DNA of 64,000 bases from a bacterium (lineage in GTDB: Bacteria; Patescibacteriota; Minisyncoccia; Phycocordibacterales; UBA5272): positions 1,989 to 65,988 of the forward strand of contig JAHFMX010000005.1 of the NCBI GenBank assembly GCA_023267635.1, written 5' to 3'. Shown piece after piece: positions 43,980-53,823 of the stretch. The translations under genes and the position numbers were made by a program. How positions within the stretch are numbered: the first letter of the stretch is position 1; each line of letters opens with the position of its first letter. The notes beneath the pieces are model-generated. The model worked only from the letters and a program-made list of their open reading frames with translations. It was not told where the DNA came from and searched no databases.

Positions 43980-46226
43980 TTATTTTTCTTTTCTAGTAAC
44001 CTTATCTTTAACTTCTTTAATCGCTTGTCTGAACGTTTTGGCCTTCAGTTTTTCAGCACTTGTTGTCATCGAAACATCATCAAGTGCTTTCCATAACATA
44101 CTTAGTTCTTTACCCCCTTTGTCAAGCGGCTTGTCATACAACCCTTTTGCATCCATTTCTTGAACATCTTTCCCAATCATCTCAAGAGCAGAACTTATTT
44201 TAGAGAGTTCATCGGAATACTGTACATATGAAGGTGCGTACTTCTGTATTAGTTTTTCACTAAGCTCGTTGGTGGAGTATGTGGATAGTTCCTTGGGAAA
44301 TTCTCTGTAGAAAGGATTTGTTTTTCCTAGATGAAAATATTTATGCCATTCGAATTTTGCCATTTGTCTACCGTCGGGCGCTGATGTTGTTGCTAATGAA
44401 ACGTCACCCTCTTCTTTCTTTGGACTTGTGTACGCGGTATAGAAAGCGGCAGACACCAATGTGGCGGTTCCAAGGTATTTCCACATAGGCACCCCAAAAA
44501 GTTTGTTTTGTTTTAGCCGTGCAATCCTAGTCTCAAAAGGAGGATTTACAATTTTTAATTTCTTGGCAAGAGAAATTTCTTTCTCAGAAGGAACTTTCTC
44601 CTGCTCGGGCGACACCTCTTTAGGGGCAGCAGTAGGTGCTACTAATTCTTCAGGTGCAGATTGATCGGCTGCTTTTGGTCTTCGAAGAATATTTTTAGTG
44701 GAGGGTGTTGTGGGACGAAGCACCAGAGAGGTGCCACTTTTCATTGGCTCCGCATGTTTTTCTTGTGGGTGTTCTGCTGTTGCTTGAGTAGGAGGAATAT
44801 GCAAAACGTCAGGCTTAACGTGGTGTTTAATATTGTTTGCTATAGGATGGTGAACTCCAATGAGAAGTCTCCCAGATAAACCTATGTTAGTAATGGCAGA
44901 CCTCCGCGCCTCCCCTGTAGCTGTATTGTCTTGAAGAGTTGCAATATCAACATCAATTGCCTTTTTTGCGGCATCAAGTTGGTCTTGAGATATTGAGAGA
45001 TTTGTGTTTTTCTCTCGATAGAGATCAATTTCACCACTATCAAGCCATTTCTTTTTCCAGGCTAAAAGTCCGCTAACACTGTACTCATTTTTTTGACTGA
45101 ACATTGTAAAAAGATCCTTGATTGGCGGGTAGGAAGGCGCCGCTTCTTTTTTGTTTTGGGCTAGTTTCTTTTTGAGTTCTTCTTCACTAAAAAATTCAAC
45201 TCCTTTTTCGCGGTGGTTTATTGAAGCAACTTCGACCATTCCATCTTTTGTGTTACGAACCCTGTAACTTTCATTTCCTGATGGAGTTGAAATAACAATG
45301 ATGTGTCCAGGGGTAAAATACACCTTCCCAAAAGGTTCCTTGGTTTCTTTTTGAAGAGGCGCGCTCTCAGCAGTTTTTTTCTGTGATTCTTTCCACATCT
45401 CACGCTGTTTCTCCAACTGAAATTCACTTAAAATTTCTTTTAACCCTCCGAAAGAGAATTTCTCTGTTCTCCCTTTTTGGGCACCGTCCGTTTGTTGCAT
45501 CATCATCCCACCTTCTTTTTCTAGAACTTCAACGATTTTCCAGCGGGATTCTTCGCTTATGTGATCTCTTGGTAAGAGAAATACTTGCCCCACCTCAAAG
45601 CGTTTAGGGATAATAAAAGACTGTTCTGTTGTTGTAGGAGAAGGTTCGATTTCTGCAATAACAGCTTCAGGCTCTCCTTGTGCATTTTTGGAAAGAGCGT
45701 CCAGCATACGCATAGCGTCTTCTGGAGAAAATATTTTTGATTCGATAAGCTTTTTTCCAAGATGAAGAGCAGTTTGCTCCTCAGGGGTGAGATTCACTTG
45801 TGGCTTAGGTGTTCGAATTTCACCATCCACCCGGCGAGGGCGATCTGGTTGAGGTGAAAGGGCTTTATCTTTCTTGATTTGGTCTTGGTGTGGCAGAAAA
45901 GTCCCCTGATTTTTTCTTATCAGCGGAGTTTCTTCCGTGACCCCCAGCTGCTCCTTCATAGTTTTGGGGTCTCTTCGAAAATCTTTGTCTTTTGGGGCTC
46001 CCTCAGAGCTAAAACGGTTATCTTTTCCCATAGTTGTAGTGCCCCAAGTATACTTTATTTTCAATAGGTTTGTGATACTTCTCCCCAGATTGTGGGGTCT
46101 TTCTAGCTGGGGATAAAGCTTGTAGTGTGACCCCCTTTTTGCTAGTATAGAGGGGTTACTTGAGAGACCTATATATCTTGACGTATACAGTAAAATGTTA
46201 CGTTCTGATACACGCACAGGGTACAT
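43980..46226 (-). CDS. Large Lys/Glu-rich orphan protein with single C-proximal TM helix
   Basis: 748-aa uninterrupted ORF; TM LFGVPMWKYLGTATLVSAAFYTAYTSP at about residue 565; start uncertain. Confidence 0.45.
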   Translation of the reverse strand: MYPVRVSERNILLYTSRYIGLSSNPSILAKRGSHYKLYPQLERPHNLGRSITNLLKIKYTWGTTTMGKDNRFSSEGAPKDKDFRRDPKTMKEQLGVTEETPLIRKNQGTFLPHQDQIKKDKALSPQPDRPRRVDGEIRTPKPQVNLTPEEQTALHLGKKLIESKIFSPEDAMRMLDALSKNAQGEPEAVIAEIEPSPTTTEQSFIIPKRFEVGQVFLLPRDHISEESRWKIVEVLEKEGGMMMQQTDGAQKGRTEKFSFGGLKEILSEFQLEKQREMWKESQKKTAESAPLQKETKEPFGKVYFTPGHIIVISTPSGNESYRVRNTKDGMVEVASINHREKGVEFFSEEELKKKLAQNKKEAAPSYPPIKDLFTMFSQKNEYSVSGLLAWKKKWLDSGEIDLYREKNTNLSISQDQLDAAKKAIDVDIATLQDNTATGEARRSAITNIGLSGRLLIGVHHPIANNIKHHVKPDVLHIPPTQATAEHPQEKHAEPMKSGTSLVLRPTTPSTKNILRRPKAADQSAPEELVAPTAAPKEVSPEQEKVPSEKEISLAKKLKIVNPPFETRIARLKQNKLFGVPMWKYLGTATLVSAAFYTAYTSPKKEEGDVSLATTSAPDGRQMAKFEWHKYFHLGKTNPFYREFPKELSTYSTNELSEKLIQKYAPSYVQYSDELSKISSALEMIGKDVQEMDAKGLYDKPLDKGGKELSMLWKALDDVSMTTSAEKLKAKTFRQAIKEVKDKVTRKEK

Positions 46227-46332
46227 ATTCTAAGGTTGGGAATGTTAACCCCTCACCAACCTCCACTTTATCGTAGTAGATACACAAAAACGCGTTCACG
46301 CGGCCTTCCATATCTCAGGATCTGCAATACTA

Positions 46333-47310
46333 GTGATTGCACTTATGTTCCCTATTTCTTCAGCACACGCTGGCTTTTTTTCGTCTTTTACTGAGAAAGT
46401 GAAAGCGGTTTTCCTTAGTCCGGCTGAGGATGGTTCACCAGAAGAGTCTGCCACATCTCAAACAATGGCTGTTTTTAAGCCTGTTGTAGTTAGTGAAGAA
46501 AATGAGATTGATACGTTAGACTCTTCTTCAACGGGGGTGCTTTCTGCAACAACCGGATCACTTCGAGTTTCTACTGAAAATATTGAATACCCAATGAACG
46601 ACACGATTAGTGTCTACGAAGTAAAAAAAGGAGACACTATCGGCATGGTTGCTGAGCTTCACGGTGTTTCTAAGAATACTATTGTATGGGCAAACAATTT
46701 AAAATCTGAAAAACTTACACCAGGAGACATTCTCGTTATTCTTCCTATTACAGGCGTTCGTCATACTGTTAAGAATGGTGACACTGTGACTTCAATTGCT
46801 AAGAAATACAAAGGAGACACAGACGATATCGCAAAATATAACGGTATCGCAGCGGACGCAAAGCTTGTCGTCGGAGAGATTGTGCTCGTACCAGAAGGAG
46901 AAATTGCTGCGGTTGTCGTAAAGGGTAAGCCAAGCGTATCTGTTTCTTCTGGGAATTCAACACCAAACGGATTCTTTACTCGACCGCTTGTGGGAGGGAG
47001 AAAGACACAGGGCATTCACGGCAACAACGGAGTTGATATTGCAGCTCTTGTTGGAACCCCCGTTCTTGCTGCTGCAGATGGACAGATAATCGTTGCTCGT
47101 AACTCAGGATATAACGGTGGATATGGAGACATGATTATTATCAAGCACAATGGAAATATTCAAACCGTGTACGCTCACTTAAGTTCTGTAGGCGTTGTAA
47201 CTGGACAGTATGTTTCAAAAGGCCAAACAATCGGCGCGGTTGGTAATACAGGACGATCAACTGGACCACATCTTCACTTTGAGGTACGTGGAGCGAAGAA
47301 CCCCTTCTAG
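46333..47310 (+). CDS. LysM-domain M23 family metallopeptidase (peptidoglycan endopeptidase)
   Basis: Two LysM repeats (YEVKKGDTIGMVAELHGVS; HTVKNGDTVTSIAKKY), M23 motifs HGNNGVDIAA, HLSS, GPHLHFEV. Confidence 0.85.
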   Translation: MIALMFPISSAHAGFFSSFTEKVKAVFLSPAEDGSPEESATSQTMAVFKPVVVSEENEIDTLDSSSTGVLSATTGSLRVSTENIEYPMNDTISVYEVKKGDTIGMVAELHGVSKNTIVWANNLKSEKLTPGDILVILPITGVRHTVKNGDTVTSIAKKYKGDTDDIAKYNGIAADAKLVVGEIVLVPEGEIAAVVVKGKPSVSVSSGNSTPNGFFTRPLVGGRKTQGIHGNNGVDIAALVGTPVLAAADGQIIVARNSGYNGGYGDMIIIKHNGNIQTVYAHLSSVGVVTGQYVSKGQTIGAVGNTGRSTGPHLHFEVRGAKNPF

Positions 47311-47399
47311 TTTTTGTTTCAAAATCATTCCATACCTAAAGGTACTGCGACTTTTAACAAACTGAGTACAGTTTAAAAAAGTCGGGAGCCTGCTTTGTT

Positions 47400-47460
47400 G
47401 AGTAAGAAATTTTTTCGGTCAATGTACTGCACGTACACTTCTCTCAAAAATTTCTTACTC
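47400..47460. other. Perfect 15-bp inverted repeat with 31-nt loop (stem-loop of unknown role)
   Basis: gagtaagaaattttt ... aaaaatttcttactc in the 216-bp gap between M23 peptidase and comM. Confidence 0.4.
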
Positions 47461-47489
47461 GCCTCGCATCTAGGGCGATTTAAAAACAA

Positions 47490-47530
47490 AAATAAAATAA
47501 AAGCACCTAATCAGGTGCTTTTATTTTTAT
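47490..47530. terminator. Bidirectional rho-independent terminator
   Basis: A-run, hairpin agcacctaa-tcaggtgct, T-run between convergent genes. Confidence 0.7.
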
Positions 47531-49083
47531 AGCCTATTCTCGTATAGTTTTGGTCTGTATTGAAAGGCTTCCAGAATATCAGCCTCAACTATGTGTTCTA
47601 TTTGTTTTAAGTCTGCAATAGTTCGAGCAAGTCGTAGTACTCGATGGTATGCTCGCGGCGAAAGCGCATATGAGGTCGCTAACTTTTTCATAAGGGTAAG
47701 CACTGGAGGGGTGAGGACGACAAACGTATCTATGTCTTTTGCTTTCATGTCTTTATTTTTGGAGATGTTCATTGCACCCCCTTTTTCAAAACGTGCTTTC
47801 GCAAACGTACGCGCTTTATGAACTTGTAAAACTATCGATTCGCTTTCTTCCCCTATGCGAGCATGAGAAAGCGTATCGTAATCAACGTGTTGCACAGGGA
47901 CCCAAATATCAATACGATCCATAATTGGACCAGAAAGTTTTCGAGCATATCTGTCTATGTCGGAAGGTTTACACACGCAACGCTTTAATTTACTCCCCAT
48001 GTACCCGCATGGACAAGGATTCATTGAAGCAATGAGTGTACATGACGCCGGAAAAAGAAATGTTCCTTTTGCTCGAGATACAGAAATGAAACCCTCTTCA
48101 AGTGGTTCGCGCAATGATTCAATAACTCGTTTATCAAACTCAGGAAATTCATCCAAGAAAAGTACACCATGATGAGCGAGCGTTACTTCACCTGGTCGTG
48201 GGCTTGCTCCCCCACCAACAAGTGAAACATAGGATGATGTGTGATGTGGACTCCTAAAAGGAGGGTGAGTAATGATAGAAGTTTTAGCGTGAGCAACAGA
48301 ATGTATACGGGTAACATCAAGCGCTTCAGTGCGTGATAGTGGTGGAAGTATTCCAGTGAACGCTCGAGCAAGCATTGTCTTTCCTGTTCCTGGTGGACCA
48401 TAGAGAGCAATGTTGTGTCCCCCAGCTGCCGCAATAAGAAGCGCTCGTTTTGCGGTTTCTTGCCCGCGAATATCTTTGAAATCTAAATATGAATCAGGAC
48501 GAGAGTACGCAATGTCTGTATACGGCGCAGGTGTAAGTGTGATGATATCCTCCACACCCTCAATGGTTCCACCTAAATGAAGAACAAGATCACGAAGATT
48601 TTTACAGCCATACACAGTAAGCCCCTGCACCAAAGAAGCTTCTTCGGTATTTGCTTCGGGAACATAGAGAGCCTGCGCCCCTTCTTTCTTTGCGCACTCA
48701 GCAATAGAAAGAACTCCCATCATCGGAAGGATTTCTCCTGTTAATGAAAGTTCACCAACAAACCATCCAACGTCCGTTGGAATTGATACTTGTTTCGATG
48801 CGATAAGATACGTTAATGCAACGGGAACATCAAAGTGAGAACCTTCTTTTTTAATATTTGCAGGTGAAAGAGAAACGGTTACTTTATGGTTTTCTGTTTT
48901 TGGATTTCGTAACTTAGTGTTCTTTAACGCTGCATTGATTCTGTCTTTGCTCTCATCAATCGCCTTATCAGGAAGTCCTACAATAGAAAACGAATAGAGG
49001 CCGTTAGATACATCAACCTCAACCGTAATTGGTTCAGCGTGTAATCCAACGATGTGTGCACTTTTTAAACTGGCGACACTCAT
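47527..49083 (-). CDS. comM: Mg-chelatase-like AAA+ ATPase YifB/ComM
   Basis: N-terminal Lon-like domain, Walker A LYGPPGTGKTMLARAF, Walker B VLFLDEFPEF, C-terminal Mg-chelatase C domain. Confidence 0.85.
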   Translation of the reverse strand: MSVASLKSAHIVGLHAEPITVEVDVSNGLYSFSIVGLPDKAIDESKDRINAALKNTKLRNPKTENHKVTVSLSPANIKKEGSHFDVPVALTYLIASKQVSIPTDVGWFVGELSLTGEILPMMGVLSIAECAKKEGAQALYVPEANTEEASLVQGLTVYGCKNLRDLVLHLGGTIEGVEDIITLTPAPYTDIAYSRPDSYLDFKDIRGQETAKRALLIAAAGGHNIALYGPPGTGKTMLARAFTGILPPLSRTEALDVTRIHSVAHAKTSIITHPPFRSPHHTSSYVSLVGGGASPRPGEVTLAHHGVLFLDEFPEFDKRVIESLREPLEEGFISVSRAKGTFLFPASCTLIASMNPCPCGYMGSKLKRCVCKPSDIDRYARKLSGPIMDRIDIWVPVQHVDYDTLSHARIGEESESIVLQVHKARTFAKARFEKGGAMNISKNKDMKAKDIDTFVVLTPPVLTLMKKLATSYALSPRAYHRVLRLARTIADLKQIEHIVEADILEAFQYRPKLYENRL

Positions 49084-49742
49084 TATTTGAGTATACCACC
49101 GCGAAGTGCAAGGACACCTTCTGTTGAAGATGAAATGACGAGCGTGTTTGTGTTTACGAATGCGTAGATGATTGTGCTACTTCCAGAAGTTCCAACGCGC
49201 ATGTTTTGATTGTTGCGGGTGACATCAATAAACATAAAAGGAACACTTGAGGTAGATACTTCTCGCGGAGAACCGACAGCCGTCGCAAGTTCATCAGCGT
49301 AGAGGCTTTCATTTTTTAACATGTATGAGAAAACGTCGGTATACGAAAGCACTTGCATGGAGTAACCGTATTCTGATTTTGTGATTGTTCCAATGTTATT
49401 TCCAATTGAATCATTAAGAGCAAGAGAAATTGCTAAGAGACGCCTACTTGTGTCTGGTAATGTGCCAGTGTTTGTTTGAAGTTGTTCATTACTAACAGGA
49501 TCTTTTGTTTCGAAAAAGAAAAGAGCTGCAACGGTTGCAATGACGGCGACCAAACAAAGCCCTCCAAGAATGAAAAGCATCTTTGAGGTTTGTACATGTG
49601 GAGTTGCAATGTTACCAATATCTCCCCCAGCAGAAGCAATGTCAGTAAGGCTCGCTTCTTTATGTTTTATCTCCTCAGAGATGTCGTGCTCAAATGTATC
49701 TACATTAGGTATCATACGTTCAGTATACAGGTAACATCTCAC
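49083..49742 (-). CDS. Hypothetical bitopic membrane protein
   Basis: TM MLFILGGLCLVAVIATVAALFFF; overlaps comM stop by 1 nt. Confidence 0.4.
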   Translation of the reverse strand: MRCYLYTERMIPNVDTFEHDISEEIKHKEASLTDIASAGGDIGNIATPHVQTSKMLFILGGLCLVAVIATVAALFFFETKDPVSNEQLQTNTGTLPDTSRRLLAISLALNDSIGNNIGTITKSEYGYSMQVLSYTDVFSYMLKNESLYADELATAVGSPREVSTSSVPFMFIDVTRNNQNMRVGTSGSSTIIYAFVNTNTLVISSSTEGVLALRGGILK

Positions 49743-49803
49743 AAGAAAAATGGTATATAAAAAATCAACCCGTAGCTTGCGGCTACGGGTTGATTTTTAA
49801 GGA

Positions 49804-50466
49804 TTACTTTTCGTCCTCTGGAGAAAAGATTCCAAGTGCGTCATCAGAGAATTCTTTCGACGCAGCTTTCTTTTGAGGAACTTTGATTCGAGTGTTTGGT
49901 TTATTGTCTCGTTTTGTTTCCTGTTTAGCCTCTCCCTTTTTAGGAGCGCGGTGCGCGCGATATCCAATAAGGAATTTTTCAGGATGGTCACACATATCGA
50001 TAAAGTCTTCACAAGCTTCTTTTAGTTCGCCTGATGAAGATCGTCCGAATGAAATAACTTCCACCTGAATACCATGGTGTTCTTTAAGGAATGTAACGAG
50101 CGGAACGAAGTCCCCATCCCCTGTTGCGAGAATAATAGTGTCTACTTTAGGAGCAAGACGAATTGCATCCACCGCAAGACCAACGTCCCAGTCGGCTTTT
50201 TTCGCACCTCCGTAAAAGATTTTTAAGTCTTTTGTTTTGGTTTCGATTCCAAGCTTGGTGAGTGCTTCAAAGAAATTTGTCTCGTCCCCTGCTTCTGTCG
50301 TGATAACGTATGCGAGTGCGCGGATAAGCTTTCGCTTACCAACGGATTCTGTCATAACGGCACCGAAGTTTACTTTAGTGTTATAAAGATTTTTTGCGCT
50401 GTGGTATAGATTTTGTGTATCTATAAAAACTGCGACGCGCTGGTCGCTGTGTTTGATAACTGCCAT
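49804..50466 (-). CDS. NYN/LabA-like domain protein with Lys-rich C-terminal tail
   Basis: VAVFIDTQNLYHSAKN...ILATGDGDFVPLV matches NYN (PIN-like) nuclease fold signatures. Confidence 0.7.
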   Translation of the reverse strand: MAVIKHSDQRVAVFIDTQNLYHSAKNLYNTKVNFGAVMTESVGKRKLIRALAYVITTEAGDETNFFEALTKLGIETKTKDLKIFYGGAKKADWDVGLAVDAIRLAPKVDTIILATGDGDFVPLVTFLKEHHGIQVEVISFGRSSSGELKEACEDFIDMCDHPEKFLIGYRAHRAPKKGEAKQETKRDNKPNTRIKVPQKKAASKEFSDDALGIFSPEDEK

Positions 50467-50569
50467 ATAAATGTAAGTGAGAATGTACGAAACAGAAAAT
50501 ATAAAAATGAAACTGCTCCACTACAAACGTATTGTTTATTAAAATAAGAACCTATAGTTAGTATATATC

Positions 50570-50601
50570 CTACATACATAAACGCCGCATGGTGTGCGGC
50601 G
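50570..50601 (-). terminator. Hairpin terminator downstream of rpsO
   Basis: cgccgca-tggtg-tgcggcg followed on - strand by T-rich tract. Confidence 0.5.
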
Positions 50602-50622
50602 CTTACTGTTGATTACCCGAAA

Positions 50623-50886
50623 TTACTTCAAACCGAGTTTTGTAACGAGAGCAGTATATCGCTTCTTGTTATTTGCCTCGAGATACTTCAAATGTGTACG
50701 TCGGTCAGCAACCATCTGAATAAGTCCACGACGTGAGTGATTGTCCTTCTTGTGTGTCTTAAGGTGGTTAGTGAGTTCAACGATCTTCTTTGAAAGAAGT
50801 GATACCTGAACATCGGCAGAGCCAGTGTCTGTATCGTGAATCTGGGCGTTTTTAATGGCCGTAGCCTTTTTTCGTGCAGTAAGCAT
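50623..50886 (-). CDS. rpsO: 30S ribosomal protein S15
   Basis: HSRRGLIQMVADRRTHLKYL signature; 87 aa. Confidence 0.9.
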   Translation of the reverse strand: MLTARKKATAIKNAQIHDTDTGSADVQVSLLSKKIVELTNHLKTHKKDNHSRRGLIQMVADRRTHLKYLEANNKKRYTALVTKLGLK

Positions 50887-51010
50887 ATTGATTAACTATA
50901 AGATATATTGTATCACATATTTGCTCATAATGCAAGCCCTCCCCCACTGCGTCCATTTATCCCCAATACTATTGTGCGACATTGCTCGGTATCTGCTATA
51001 TACTCATATA

Positions 51011-51970
51011 ATGCAAAGCTTATCGAGCCTTAAAGCCGACTTTCTTCAATATATAGAGATTGAAAAAGGACGCTCCCCACTCACTGTAAGGAATTATGAT
51101 CATTATCTTAGTCGATTCTTGGATTTCATTAAAGTTGAGTCCCCTTCTGATATTACCGAGTCAATGATGCGTGAATATCGTGTGTATTTGAACCGTTTAC
51201 CAGCAAAACCACCCAAAAAAGGGAGTAAAAAGAGTGCTGCCGTGGAAACTCTCGACAAAAAGACTCAAAATTATCACTTAATTTCACTTCGTGCGTTTCT
51301 GAAGTACATGCGTAAGCAAGGATTCCAAGGATACGACCCTGAGAGAATAGAGCTTGCAAAGACCTCTTCTCGAGAGCTTGATCTTATTTCTGAAAAGGAA
51401 TTACAGAATCTTATGGCGGCCCCAGACACATCTACCATCCTTGGTCTTCGTGACCGAGCAATGCTTGAACTCTTTTTTTCAACAGGACTTCGTGTGTCTG
51501 AGTTGTGTTCTTTAGATCGTGACACTGATTTAAAGACAGGAGAAATTTCAATTCGTGGAAAAGGTGGAAAGATACGAGTGGTGTTCGTTTCAGGCGCTGC
51601 GTTGCTTGCTGTAAAGAAATATATTGAAGCGCGCGTTGATATTGATGAAGCAATGTTTATTGATCACTCCCCTCGTGCACATGCTCGTATTGTTCGTGAA
51701 GAGTCCATTCGCCTTACTCCTCGTTCGGTTGAAAGAGTTGTTGAAAAGTATGCAATGATTGCAGGTATTGCAAAAAAGTGTACCCCTCACGTGATTCGCC
51801 ACTCGTTTGCTACCGACCTCCTCTATAATGGGGCTGATCTTCGTACGGTTCAGTTGATGTTGGGGCACGCTTCTATTGCGACAACGCAAATTTATACCAA
51901 CGTAACAAACAAATTCCTTCGTGACCAGTTTGAAAAGTTCCACTCAAAGAGGAAAAATGATTCTCATTGA
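51011..51970 (+). CDS. xerD: Tyrosine recombinase XerC/XerD family
   Basis: N-terminal SAM-like domain (FLQYIEIEKGRSPLTVRNYDHYLSRF), catalytic R...HVIRHSFAT...LGHASIATTQIYTNV (R-H-R-Y); ORF track N-extension from 50855 overlaps rpsO and is rejected. Confidence 0.8.
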   Translation: MQSLSSLKADFLQYIEIEKGRSPLTVRNYDHYLSRFLDFIKVESPSDITESMMREYRVYLNRLPAKPPKKGSKKSAAVETLDKKTQNYHLISLRAFLKYMRKQGFQGYDPERIELAKTSSRELDLISEKELQNLMAAPDTSTILGLRDRAMLELFFSTGLRVSELCSLDRDTDLKTGEISIRGKGGKIRVVFVSGAALLAVKKYIEARVDIDEAMFIDHSPRAHARIVREESIRLTPRSVERVVEKYAMIAGIAKKCTPHVIRHSFATDLLYNGADLRTVQLMLGHASIATTQIYTNVTNKFLRDQFEKFHSKRKNDSH

Positions 51971-52114
51971 TTCAACCTCTCTATTCTGATAGTCTATCTA
52001 TACGCTCTTCGTTAATTATACGCCGGTGCCCGAAGTGGTTTTAATCGCCACAACACATCAGTTTATATACGGCAAAAAAATTTCCGAAGGCGTCCTATTT
52101 TAAAAGGAGGTAGC

Positions 52115-52495
52115 ATGAGTCCGCAAGAAGTATCTCGTCAGTTCAAAATTCTTCGAGATTCAACTTTCCACCTTGATATATTGGTCGCTTGGACGGAAAT
52201 GTTCTCCCACACAGGGAAACATCGCCTCCATTCTGGTCCTCGAAGGATGGCTCTCTGTGTTTTTCACGACGAAAAGACTCCGTCTTTGCGGGTGTATCCA
52301 CAAAGTCAGCGGTTTCATTGCTACGGATGTGGCAGAAACGGAGATGTGCTTGATTTAGTTCTTTTTGTTCACGGCATGGAAGAGCATCGCATTCGTCTTT
52401 TTCCTGAGGCTTCACAAAAAGAAGACCTGTCGTTTGTTAGAGAAAAAATTAGAAGCCTCGTAAGGGTTTCTAATGAAAGGGATTTATTTAAATGA
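52115..52495 (+). CDS. Stand-alone CHC2 (DnaG primase-type) zinc-finger protein
   Basis: CVFHDEKTPSLRVYPQSQRFHCYGCGRNGDVLDLV matches primase zinc-binding domain (CxFHxExTPSxxV...xCFGCGxxGDxIxFV); strong RBS AAGGAGG; no TOPRIM or helicase-binding domain follows. Confidence 0.65.
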   Translation: MSPQEVSRQFKILRDSTFHLDILVAWTEMFSHTGKHRLHSGPRRMALCVFHDEKTPSLRVYPQSQRFHCYGCGRNGDVLDLVLFVHGMEEHRIRLFPEASQKEDLSFVREKIRSLVRVSNERDLFK

Positions 52496-52519
52496 GCTCA
52501 AAAGGAGGCTCATTTTTTT
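52492..52519 (+). terminator. Rho-independent terminator
   Basis: atgagc-tcaaaaggag-gctcat + TTTTTTT. Confidence 0.55.
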
Positions 52520-52617
52520 ACCCCAAGATACCATTGACATAAAGTATATATGATTATAGTGTATATAGTAGCAATGGCATTCTGCCTAGCACTTTCACAA
52601 ACTAGAAGGAGCTCATC

Positions 52618-52887
52618 ATGAGCGACCCAAAGAAACCACAAACCAACAACCCAAAAAGCCCGGCGCTTCAAGACCCGTTCTTGAATACTCTGCGTCGTGA
52701 ACATGTGCCTGTTTCGATTTACCTCGTGAACGGTATCAAGCTGCAAGGGCAGATCGAGTCGTTTGACCAATACGTGGTGTTGCTCAGGAGTACAGTGACG
52801 CAAATGGTGTACAAGCATGCCATCTCCACCATCGTTCCTGGGCGCGCCGTGAACTTCGCTGCTGCAGAACCCGCACCAGCCTCGTGA
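52618..52887 (+). CDS. hfq: RNA chaperone Hfq (Sm-like), proteobacterial-type
   Basis: [58 protein letters not shown] is near-identical to enterobacterial Hfq core (Sm1/Sm2 motifs); AAGGAG RBS; GC about 53%. Confidence 0.9.
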   Translation: MSDPKKPQTNNPKSPALQDPFLNTLRREHVPVSIYLVNGIKLQGQIESFDQYVVLLRSTVTQMVYKHAISTIVPGRAVNFAAAEPAPAS

Positions 52888-52903
52888 TTGGTTTTTACCC
52901 GAA

Positions 52904-52930
52904 GCGCGCATCGAAAGATGCGCGCTTTTT
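52904..52930 (+). terminator. Rho-independent terminator after hfq
   Basis: gcgcgcatc-gaaa-gatgcgcgc + TTTTT. Confidence 0.75.
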
Positions 52931-52949
52931 CTTTTGCTATACTCAAGAA

Positions 52950-53717
52950 ATGAAACTTATTTCTTGGAACGTAAACGGTATTCGCGCAGTTCATAAAAAA
53001 GGTGCCTTTGATGAACTCATGAAATTGAAGGCCGATATTATTGGTATTCAAGAAACTAAATCTACCCCCGATCAATTGAGTAGCGCTCTCATCTCCCCTC
53101 CTGGATATTTTTCATATTTTGATTCAGCAAAAGAACGTAAAGGGTACGCTGGTGTTGCTGTATATACAAAAATACAACCCGAGAAAGTAGAATACGGGTT
53201 AGGTATTGAAGAGTACGATACAGAAGGACGATGTCTTACGCTTCATTTTAAAGAGTTCGCGTTTGTAACATGTTATTTCCCAAATGGTGGACGCGACGCA
53301 GACCATTTTCAATATAAGTTGCGATATTACGACATGTTCTTGAAACACGTTAAGCAACTAGAAGAAGAATATGCACACGTTGTTTTTTGTGGAGATTTGA
53401 ACGTGGCGCATGAGGCTATCGATCTTGCTCGACCAAAAGAGAACGCAAATTCAATTGGGTTTCTGCCGATTGAGCGCGCGTGGGTTGATAAAGTTCAGTC
53501 CGAAGGGTTTATCGATACGTTTCGCGCGCTTCATCCTGAAACAGTAAAGTATAGTTGGTGGGATGTGAAAACTGGATCACGAGAGCGTAATGTTGGGTGG
53601 AGAATTGATTATTTCTTTGTTCCAGAATCTTTGTTCCCACATGTTAAGAAATCAGATATTCTCACAGAGTTTATGGGAAGTGATCATGCTCCAGCGGTGC
53701 TTGATGTTGAGCTGTAA
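52950..53717 (+). CDS. xth: Exodeoxyribonuclease III (AP endonuclease, Xth/ExoA)
   Basis: MKLISWNVNGIRA N-terminus, EEP-family motifs (QETK, GDLNVAHE, SDHAP); track N-extension from 52884 runs through the hfq terminator and is rejected. Confidence 0.85.
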   Translation: MKLISWNVNGIRAVHKKGAFDELMKLKADIIGIQETKSTPDQLSSALISPPGYFSYFDSAKERKGYAGVAVYTKIQPEKVEYGLGIEEYDTEGRCLTLHFKEFAFVTCYFPNGGRDADHFQYKLRYYDMFLKHVKQLEEEYAHVVFCGDLNVAHEAIDLARPKENANSIGFLPIERAWVDKVQSEGFIDTFRALHPETVKYSWWDVKTGSRERNVGWRIDYFFVPESLFPHVKKSDILTEFMGSDHAPAVLDVEL

Positions 53718-53823
53718 AAGTAAAAGAGCGATGTACCTAAAGGTATTGCGATTTCAAAAGGATTGATTACAATCTAATGAAATCGGGAACCTACGGCATC
53801 GCTCTTTTACCAATTAACCAGTT

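Noticed and set aside
50855-51010. N-terminal extensions in ORF track (XerD from 50855, Xth from 52884, RsmE from 62724, DoxX from 61940, NrdD from 8038, TsaE from 11663)
   Set aside because: The track labels TTG/GTG starts as M. The extensions overlap neighbouring genes or terminators and lack conserved N-terminal motifs, so internal ATG starts were chosen.
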